DNA of 64,000 bases. Origin: Octopus vulgaris. Its lineage: Eukaryota. The stretch covers positions 93,372,001 to 93,436,000 of the forward strand of contig OX597823.1 of NCBI GenBank assembly GCA_951406725.2, written 5' to 3'. The notes under the pieces are model-generated. The model saw only the letters and a program-made list of their open reading frames with translations. It was not told where the DNA came from and made no database searches. Numbering within the stretch: position 1 is the first letter of the stretch; the number at the start of each line of letters is the position of its first letter. The position numbers were made by a program, and so were the translations under genes. Shown in pieces: positions 53,976-64,000 of the stretch.

Positions 53976-54718
53976 CACATACATATTCATAAATATATAT
54001 ATACTCGCGCGTGTCTCTGAGTGTGTGTGTATGGGCATGGATGTACAGGGGTATTCGCTCGAGAAATACTCTTATAAAGGTGTAATGAGCTAAAAGTAAT
54101 CATTGCATCTGGGCAGAGATGAACCGTCTGGTATAGCCATCGGGACTGTCAAATAACGTGGCTTTAGTCTGGGACACGACGCTTTTCACTAAATCACGTG
54201 ATCTGTGGCACGCGTCCACTTAGTCGTTGAAGTCATGAAACCTGGAAAAAATACGGCTATGATATATACCCGTGCATTTAACAATTTCAACCTGTATAAT
54301 AGAACCTCCCAAGTCGAAAACCTCAGTACTCTAATGTTAGATACACGTTTAGTAATCTACTACGATTGCTGTTCACTATTAATACTAATTTCGTCGTTAA
54401 TATTTACTTTTTAATAAGCCTCCGTTCCATTAGCGACATCAGTGACTGAAAAGCATCTGTTATTCTATATGTAGTTGACAGGGAAATTTGTTTGGTATTC
54501 AGAATATGGGGGTCTGCAACTGAGGAAGTGCAGTACGCTCACATTAGGTGATCTGACAGTGCCCACGTCCATACAATACGATTGTTGTCTGGCTCGATTA
54601 ATGACTGTGCTTTTCGGCACCGTACGTCTATAGGTGAGGTCCTCTCAAGTCGAGTATCGTACTATACACACACACACACACACATATATGTATATATGTA
54701 TATATATATATATATATA

Positions 54719-55533
54719 GGGAAAATTCACAAAAAACAAAACACGAAGAGACGTGGTGTAGACAACAAAGAGATGTATTACTTCAACGATCGGGAAGTGA
54801 AAAAGTCTTTAACGTTTCGAGCCTACGCTCTTCCATAGAAAGTAACACAGAAAGGAACAGGGAGAGAAAATAAAGAATGAATAGTGGCTAGCGATCTATC
54901 ATGGCGAATGCCGGACAGAGTGGTCACACAGGAGAGCTAGGAAGTAGGGGAGATAACATAGTAGTAGTGATCCCAAAACGAATGTGCGCGTTTATGTAAA
55001 AAAGAACATGTATGTGCGTATGGAAGAGAGCTGATGACCTTGACGTGTGCATGTGTGCATGTGTAGGTGTGTGGAAGATGGTGAGGGTGCTAGGAAGTGG
55101 TCAGGGCTAGTGTGTGCGTGGTGATGTGATGTGGTGATATTGGGATGTGGAAGAGGCGAGAGTGCGGAAAGCAAAGAAGGGGTGTGGGTTAGGCTGAGGT
55201 TTGGGGTAGAAGTGGGGTACATGGGAATGGGTGTAAAGGATGGGGTTGGATGGGATGGGATGGATAGGGAAGGTGGGGTTGGATTGCATAGGGGTGAGGT
55301 TACGAGAGAGGGGTGGCGATGAAGGGAGATGGAGAAGGGTGAATCTGGGTAGGAGTGAAGAGAGGAGAGATGGAGGTTAGGAGTGAAGAGAAGTAGGAGT
55401 CGGAGCAAGAGACGTGAGGTAGGTGGGAGGACGTAGGGATGAGATGTAGAGAGGAGAGGGGAGGAGGGTTAGATGAAGATGGGAATAGAGTTGAGCCCAT
55501 GTGGCGTAAAGGAGCGAAGAGAGAAGATTAATC
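54719..55533 (-). mobile_element. 5'-truncated Penelope-like element: GIY-YIG C-terminus, pyrimidine-rich 3' UTR and decayed hammerhead
   Basis: Minus 55531-55469 reads [20 protein letters not shown], matching the IFxLxTxxPxGLN end of PLE endonucleases; cttt CTATGGA a gagc-gtag-gctc GAAA cg TT aaag at about 54806-54842; (TA)n on both sides. Confidence 0.8.
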
Positions 55534-55548
55534 ACAATATATATGTAC

Positions 55549-55594
<46 letters not shown>

Positions 55595-55941
55595 TATTGT
55601 ATATAGTATATATATATTATATATATATATATATATATATGTATATACATGTATATACACATATGTACATATATAGACAGAGAGAGATATCAGATATATA
55701 TATATATATGTGCTTAAATGTAAGTATATTTGTATATATATATATAAATCATACAATGCACACACACAGGCATACGTGGACGGGTATTTGTTATTATAAT
55801 ATATTATATACCAAAATCTGCGCCTGAGTGCGTCGCTACTGTTTGTTTCCTGTCGCCGGTTCTCGCCTGTGAACCGACAACAAATTATGTTGAATAACGA
55901 TTCATTCTACACAGAAGCATGAACCACAATCGTCTGTGCGA

Positions 55942-55973
<32 letters not shown>

Positions 55974-56709
55974 ATGTGTGTGTTTGTACAGAGACATCAG
56001 GGGAGGGGGGAGAGCAAATGGAAGTGAGTGTGTGGGTTTGACAGAAGTTAAGAGAGATACAGAAAGAGAGGTAGATAATTAATTCTTATCTTCTATAGCA
56101 CTAATACAGAATTAATCAATACTATACATCATCTAAACTAATTAATTCTCAAGACATTTTGTTCAATGTTTTAAATGCTCTTTTACCTTTTTATCTTTTT
56201 TTTATTTTTATTTCTCTATTTACTTTTTGAGTGATGAGAAAATATGTTTACATTTTGTAAACAAACTTTTTTGCAGATATACAAGCTAAGCACGAGAATT
56301 AATAAATGACTTGATGAAGAAAGAAAGGGAAAAAAGTCATTTCTAGTGAAAATTTCGACTTGTTTGTTGACGCCTCAATTTGCTTTACAGTTGTAACCAT
56401 AAATGTTGATATGATACCACAAGTCCTTGCTAAACTTTAGCTGCCATATTGTTAGCTCCGAGAAATAATTCCTTTTCATTCCTACACATGGTAGAGTATT
56501 TCTCGTTCTATTTTGGTTCTGTTTCCTTTATTACCAAATAGTTATAGATAATGGAAAGTCTTTTCAAATGTCTTCCGTGTTAGAATGAAGGAGGTACAGT
56601 GTTAACTCAAGAACACCACTCATCAACAGATCGGAATATTAAAAAGCTAGCAATGCAAGAAATGGAGTACGGGTGAAGCTATTTCTACCCCAGTTTCATT
56701 CAACGCTAG

Positions 56710-56830
56710 TGTACACTTTTGTCCCCCACATGTAACCTTCTATATATCCATCGTCTACTTGCTTCAATATCCAACATCTCTGAGAAGATGCAAGCTTTCA
56801 TCTCCGGTCAGCTATCCCCAAACGTACAGC
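56710..56830 (+). repeat. Direct repeat of about 120 bp, copy 1 (copy 2 at about 58348-58470)
   Basis: gtacacttttgtc.cccaca...ctatatatccatcgtctacttgcttcaatatccaacat.tctgagaagatg...atccccaaac. Confidence 0.9.
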
Positions 56831-57319
56831 AACCACGCGCAGCCGAGATTCACACGCCAAACTTTGCTTACTTCTCTAAAATGTGAACTTGTGAGCATCT
56901 TCCGGTGAGGCAATTTAAACGTTGCCTCTTTGAAACTCAAAAACATAAAATGAAACACTGATATTATTATAAAACCAGCACCGTACTATGCACCGTAACA
57001 ATGAACGACCAACTGATCCGTCATGGAAGAGGCAATTGTTTGACCATAATCGAGAGTCTATCCTGGTGATGACACATACGTTCTAGTGTCGTAGCCGCAC
57101 ACAAAAGTTTGGCGTTTCTTTTCAGAACCAGAAAATATTTCAGCCATCAAGCACTACTACAATCTACACCGCAAGATTCAATTGACGATGACTGTACTCT
57201 TCCCTGGCTGAATCCTGGCTGAAGATGATGGCTATTGGAAGGTCTTATGTGTGGAAGCACGTTTCGGTTGCTTAGTATATTCCAAAACAAAATCATTGAT
57301 TAATATGCATATGAATCGG

Positions 57320-57612
57320 TTGGGAAAGACACCAACTGCGCTACCTGAAACACCAAGGCTGAGCTTATGGCCAAGATCTTCGCAGAAACAGAAGATCTTC
57401 CTAGGGACAGAGTGAGGAAAACAAGCCCCAGGTTTCGGGGCTGTCTTGAGGCCGTGGAGGAGGTTGAGGGAGGTTACTTTGAGTCAGCCGTTATCTCCCA
57501 GCCATAATATATTTAATAGTTTTTGAAATGTTTTAATACTTTTTTTAGCTTTTGTGGATAGGATATTGGATTTTCCTTTCCTTTTATGCAAACTTTCAGC
57601 CCAAACACTGTG
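57320..57612 (+). mobile_element. Tc1/mariner transposase 3' relic
   Basis: NTKAELMAKIFAETEDLPRDRVRKTSPRFRGCLEAVEEVEGGYFE resembles the RLxAVIxAxGGxFE C-terminus; ends in a TIR-like caaactttcagcccaaacactg. Confidence 0.7.
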
Positions 57613-57914
57613 TATTTTACACAGCATTCAATGAAATGCCAGGCAAATGATTCCCATTGGCACACGCCAGCCACTAATTCACTGGCGCGTTCTCTACTCT
57701 ATGTCTCTATTCTATTGCTATTTTTATTGCTCTTAATCCTCGGAACTATTTCTTTTCAAAACTTGGCGAATGAGTCATCCCAAACCACATGTCTCCCAGT
57801 GCTACACATCAATCTTGATGCTGTGATTCTTCAAAGCCTTCCCTCCGGGTCCATAGTAACTATTATAGTAACTTCCACAGAACATCGGCTATTTTCACTA
57901 CTGGTGTTGACATA

Positions 57915-58338
57915 AGTATTTTTTATTGCCCTCGGGGGGTTAAACATAGAGGGGAAAAACAAGGACAGACAAAGGGTTTAAGTCGATTACATCGACCCCA
58001 GTGCGTAACTGGTACTTATTTAATCGACCCCGAAAGGATGAAAGGCAAAGTCTACCTCGGCGGAATTTGAACTCAGAACACGAGAACAAACGAAATACCT
58101 ATTTCTTTACTACCCACAAGGAGCTAAACACCGAGAGGACAAACAGGGACAAACAAACGGATTAAGTCGATTATATCGACCCCAGTGTGTAACTGGTACT
58201 TACTTTATCGACCCCGAAGGGATGAAAAGCAAAGTCGACCTTGGCGGAATTTGAACTCAACGAAATACCGCTAAGCATTTCGCCCGGCGTGCTAACGTTT
58301 CTGCCGGCTCGCTGCCCTGACTGCCAGCTCGCCGCCCT
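57915..58338 (-). mobile_element. Tandem pair of SINE family B copies
   Basis: Two successive reverse-complement copies (about 57915-58095 and 58097-58338). Confidence 0.88.
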
Positions 58339-59551
58339 CAACTCTAATGTACACTTTTGTCACCCACAATTAACCTGCTATATATCCATCGTCTACTTGC
58401 TTCAATATCCAACATGTCTGAGAAGATGTGAGATTTCATCTCCCGTTAGCCATCCCCAAACATATAACATTTACAAAGGAATCTGAGGGCTTCCAGCCCA
58501 TCGGGTCTCGTGGAGACCTGCAAATACCCTGGGTACCGTCTCAGCAAGTAAAATAAGAAATAACCATCAGCGTATCAAACTCAATGTATATACACCGAGA
58601 TGGCTATTTTAAGTGAACTCTCATTCAACGTCGTACACCGAGATTTTATTCAGCGCAACGGCTCTCTGCAGTATCAGTGAATGTATTATTTACTATTCAC
58701 TAAGTGTCAAACAAAAAAAAACATATTTTGTCCAGACATGTTATAATCTCATCATAGTTTGTAACACAACATAACTACGGAGGAATTTTCTCTTAGACAA
58801 AAACCGCAGCATTCTTCCTGTCAACGGTGTATATACATAAAGTGTGGTTCATAGACGGCTATTTTACTTCAATGTTGATTCAGTTGCTTTCACAGAGAAA
58901 AAAATATGTATGTAAATTTATTTGAAAATTTCTAATGCAAAACTTTCCAAATTAAACTGGTCTGTCTCAGCCTTCTTTAAAACATAGCAGTGTGATTACA
59001 TGTAATGAAAATATGGCCGACATTCCTACCAGCGCAAATAACTATACTGTGTCTGGCTTCTAGTGACTTCAGGTCTTTGTTTGCTTTAAAACAGCCGCGA
59101 AATACATGTGATCTAACAAATAATAGTCTGCAAGTTCTCTTCTTATTCTCTTTATTTATATTGGATCAACAATGATATTAATAGATATGTTGTTATATAC
59201 ACATCAGTTAATATCATATGTATAAGCGTATTCCTTTGTTAGAGCTAACGAGTAATTTCAGACGCATTATTTTCCAGTGATTCAACGAACAATACACTGT
59301 CTTTCTCGTGCAGCTTTACTAATTAGGGGTGTTAATAATACAAAATATTATTTAAAATTTAATAATCACAAACTAATTATATATACACGAATTAGAAGAC
59401 ATGATTTTAATAAAGACGTCGAAAACACAGCTGTTGTTCGATGCCCTTTTTGAATCCATATATTAAATTTAATGTTTCTCAGTTGTTGATTTCCGGCTAC
59501 TCCACATACCGTATAATGATGTGTATATGCACAAACTCCCAGATAATCGCA

Positions 59552-59614
<63 letters not shown>

Positions 59615-59706
59615 ATGGTGGTATATGCAGATACGAGAATATCTCTGTATATGCATACATAAAACTATAAAGAACTCATGTAAGTCTATATACGTAACTA
59701 CACAGA

Positions 59707-59759
<53 letters not shown>

Positions 59760-60777
59760 CATATATATGTGTATGTATATTATACATATATAATAGGTAC
59801 ATATACTTAGACACACACACACACACACACACACATATATGTATATATATACACACATATGTACAAACATATATGTATGTAAGGACGCATGTATGTATTC
59901 ACATGCATACACACACATATGCACACACATAGACACGCGTGTGTGTATGTGCACTGGTATATTGGGCACATTGTTTTTGGTAACATAAGGCGTTGTTTTT
60001 CGAAATAATTGGCGATGTAACTTGTAAGAATTTATTGATTAACAATCGTTCGTGTGCATACGTGTACGTGTGTATGCGTGCATTTGTGTATGTGTTTTAT
60101 CATACATACATATTTCATTCTATTACGAAGTTTTTAACCGGAAAGCAGACACGTTCTGCAGTTTTATTCATCTCTTCTCTTTACGCAGCCGCATAAACTA
60201 CATTAGTAATTAATTACCCACTAATAGAATTCACACAACGAATACTATAGCGTTTAACATTAATAAAATATCAGAGAGATTTTTGTTTTTTGTTTTTGTT
60301 TTTTTAGCGCTAATACTTTCACAAAAAGCTTTAAAATATATATTTTAAGTATGGTACGTCTTGATTTCTTTATGTATTATATTACATTCATTTTTTTTTT
60401 CAACGATTATTTTATTACCAGTTATGTTTGCTTATAAATTTCCATATCATTCTATGTCTCCTTTTATATCTTTTATATTTCACCTTCTTATCTTTCACCT
60501 GTTTCTCTCTTTGGACAGCGGCCATGCTGGGGCACCGGCTTGATGGGCTCTAGTCTAACAAATTGACTTTTTTTTATAAGCCCGTTTCGTATTTTGTTCG
60601 ACGGGTTTATCGAGCCGCTGAGTGACGGAGACGAAGTGAAAGCAAAACTGGTTGTCAAGGAGTTGGGAGAACTAAAACTCCACCCAGACACATCAGAGAA
60701 AAGCAGCAAAAGTCAACTGGATATGAATATAATATTTGACACCCAATAAAAGCTTTTGATGGAAACATACAAATGGA

Positions 60778-60810
60778 AACGACGTTTCGAGTATGGATCT
60801 TCATCAGATT
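60778..60810 (-). ncRNA. Minimal hammerhead motif, canonical core, weak stems
   Basis: Minus strand aat CTGATGA aga-tccatac-tc GAAA cg TC gtt, inside an insert that splits a family A SINE. Confidence 0.5.
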
Positions 60811-61145
60811 GAGGAAAAAGTTCAAAGAGAAAATGAGAGCAGAAGGAACAAATAGCAGAGAGTATCGTTACATGGCCAGAACAAATATATACACGACTGG
60901 TTAGTTTCAATTTCCGCCTCCTCTTTGAAATTCACTCACAGGACTTTGATCGAATCTGAGACTGTAGTTGAGGACAATGGCTCAAGGTGACATTACTTGG
61001 GATTGAGATTGATTAGAATAGATATGAGATTAGAAGAGTTTTGAGATTGATTAGAAGAGAGAGCAAGTTGTTGGGATGTTGGAAAACTTCTTAGTTCGCA
61101 GCCAGGCATGCATGTATCATTACCAATGGATAAATTCCTACGGTA

Positions 61146-61382
61146 AAGGCGGCGAGCTGGCAGAAACGTTAGCACGCCGAGCGAAATGCGTAGCCGTATT
61201 TCGTCTGCCGTTACGTTCTGAGTTCAAATTCCGCCGAAGGTCGACTTTGCCTTTCATCCTTTCGGGGTCGATAAATTAAGTACCAGTTACACACTGGGGT
61301 CGATGTAATCGACTTAATCCGTTTGTCTGTCCTTGTTTGTCCCCGCTCTGTTTAGCCCCTTGTGGGTAGTAAAGAAATAGGT
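61146..61382 (+). mobile_element. tRNA-derived SINE, family B, reference copy
   Basis: aaggcggcgagctggcagaaacgttagc (A box)...gagttcaaattcc (B box)...gcctttcatcctttcggggtcgataaattaagtaccag core. Confidence 0.9.
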
Positions 61383-61712
61383 AATGGACATACGTATGTG
61401 AATGTATGTCTTTATGAAATAACAGATGCGTGGTATTGTGCTCTCCTGCATTTGCGAACAGCATGCTTTTACTTGTATGTATTGTTTTGTTTTTTGGGGT
61501 ATGTGTGTACACATGTAAGAATGTTTTTGTTTGTTTTTGTTTTTTTTTTTGTTTTTTTCGTCAGTTCAGAATTTTCTTTTCTTGCAAGAAAGAATATGCA
61601 AAAATACCTGAATATAGACAATATAATTTCAAGTGCTTAAAAATATCTATAAAAAGAACTCCATAATAACAAATTGTACGCATTAAAATAAAGAAACATA
61701 ATATATTGTTGT

Positions 61713-61713
61713 T

Positions 61714-61803
<90 letters not shown>

Positions 61804-61850
61804 ATAGTAGTAGTAGAAGTAGTAGTAGTAGTGGAAGTAGTAGTAGTAGT
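61713..61850. repeat. (TAG)n microsatellite
   Basis: Long gta/tag run. Confidence 0.95.
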
Positions 61851-62496
61851 TCATTCTGATGTTGGCACAAGGCATCAAATTTGAGACTAGGGATCAAGTG
61901 GATTATACCGAGCCGAGTGCTCATCAGATACTTATTTTATCGACCCCGAGAAGATGAAAATCAATGTTGTTGACCTCGGGTAAATTTGAACTCGGAACGT
62001 GTAGAGTAACGCAACGCCGCTAAGCAGTGGTGTCTGGCGTGCAAACGACAATAATACAAATGATAAACATTTTCTGCTGAACATGTTAATATATTAATGA
62101 AAATGAAAATCTTCTTACATACTCACATATGTTAGCGCGTACAGGCTTACATTAATACAGACATTGAGTCTTTCAGACATACTTGTATAGATCTAGGTGG
62201 ATATTTCTTTACATAATACGTACATACATACATAAGCTTTCACATACATATGCTTATACGTAAAGGGAAGCATATATGTATACATGAAACCATATACACA
62301 TATCACGTGTAACATCACATATATGTATGTGTGTGTATATGTGTGTTTTTATATATATACGAGCATGCACAAATTCATAGTTTCATAATACGGATCCGTA
62401 TATCTGTGTTTTCATGCTCACAGTTTCTATTTATTTACATTTATACCTTTGTATTCGATGCGTCAAATTTTGATACATACATACTTATATCCATAT

Positions 62497-62556
<60 letters not shown>

Positions 62557-62713
62557 ATGTATATACACATACATATATGTGTATATGTATATATATATAT
62601 ACATATATATATATATGCTTATACATATGTACATATATAGGTACATATATATAGAATAAGAAAAAATATATATGTGCATATATGCATATATATAGATAAA
62701 TATATATATATAG

Positions 62714-62769
<56 letters not shown>

Positions 62770-63225
62770 GTAGGTGTGTATGTTTATAGGTTTGTATACA
62801 TAAGTGTAGCATAAAACGATAATTCTAATAAGAAACCGACAGATTCTATGACAGCTGTCATGGTTTAATCCAATCTCAGCGAATGTTTGTGAATGTATAT
62901 ATTTGACACAAGTTTTTCCATTATAATCGGAACTCTTCACTTTAGTGGAATCTATTTATTTTACAAACGTGTGAATGGTTGTAGAATTAGAGAAAAGCAG
63001 AGAAAGAGAGAGAGAGAGAGAGAAATTGGAGAGCATTAGGAGGCTGGAGTGAGAGAGTGAGAGTAAGTGAGATAGAGGGTGATATTGAGTGAATGGCTGA
63101 GTTAGACGTACACAACGTATTCATGAAATATGAACAACAGCCATAACTAATTAAAATGAAAATGAAAATTATGATAGGGTGATGATGGTGATGATGATGA
63201 TGATGATGATATTATTAATAATAAT

Positions 63226-63838
63226 AATGCCAGGCAGTGACTCACATGGCTTCTGATCCTAAATTGATCGGAAGTGTTATCATGTGTATGTTTTGTTTTT
63301 GGTGCAAAAAGTGGCCTACCATTAATATTCTGCTCAATATCACACGTTTACTTGTCACTTGCTTGACTTTAACGGGTTGAGCATCTCCCTTAGCGGCTGA
63401 CGATATGTGTATCTCTGATCCCGAGCATAAATAGTGCGGAAGCGTCAAAGCCATGTGTTGAGAGGAATTCTTTGCGTTTTGAATAATTCACGCCTGGAAA
63501 CATGTCCAGCAGACAACTTGGTATGTGGTAAGGAAGAAAGAAAAGTCAAGAGATATTACAGGTTAGCTTGGGAGGTTAAGCAGTTGGGGTCGATGAAAAA
63601 GTTGGCAGTAGTACCAATAATTTTCGGAGCCCCGCGGATATTGAGCAAAAATCTTCAAAGTTACATGGTACAAATAGAGGCTGTAATAAGAGTGGAGCAC
63701 TTGCAGAAAACAGCACTGTTTGGAACCGCTTGAATGCTTCAGAAGGTGCTCGAAAATAAGGAGTGTTACTTTAGTTCACTATTAGTGAACAGCGGACACT
63801 TTAGTACATCACCAGCGTCAGAAACTCTGCAAAGGCAA
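63226..63838 (+). mobile_element. Internally deleted R4/Dong-type LINE in (TAA)n
   Basis: The 3' part encodes EERKVKRYYRLAWEVKQL...AVVPIIFGAPRILSKNLQSY...EHLQKTALFGTA (restriction-like endonuclease C-terminus); the 5' part is shared with 33510-33780; (taa)n flanks. Confidence 0.8.
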
Positions 63839-63873
63839 TAAGATAATAATAATTATAATAATGATAATAATAC

Positions 63874-63954
<81 letters not shown>

Positions 63955-64000
63955 TGATGATGATGATGATGATGATGACGATGACGATGACGATGATGAT
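63874..64000. repeat. (GAT)n/(GAC)n microsatellite
   Basis: Runs to the window end. Confidence 0.95.

Overview
Eukaryotic, AT-rich, microsatellite-saturated genomic DNA. The SINE repertoire and repeat landscape look like a coleoid cephalopod, most likely Octopus (inference, not searched). Almost all ORFs in the supplied track are translations of (TA)n, (CA)n, (GATA)n or triplet repeats. The only large real coding remnant is a 5'-truncated, frameshifted Penelope-like retroelement (PLE; RT + GIY-YIG, Neptune-type Cys linker) at about 40.7-43.6 kb. Other content: decayed RTE, R2/Hero, CR1 and R4/Dong LINE pieces, Tc1/mariner relics, Helitron-type elements and many tRNA-derived SINEs. The most striking unannotated signal is a dispersed set of short elements next to (TA)n tracts that carry minimal type-I hammerhead ribozyme (HHR) motifs with palindromic stem III. 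Several have a compensatory U3-A8 core, and many are folded back into long inverted repeats, some with a ribozyme copy on each strand. The same motif sits in the 3' UTR of the Penelope element, which links them as non-autonomous PLE derivatives. One plausible 168-bp host exon lies on the minus strand, so part of the window may be intronic. SINE and relic boundaries are approximate.
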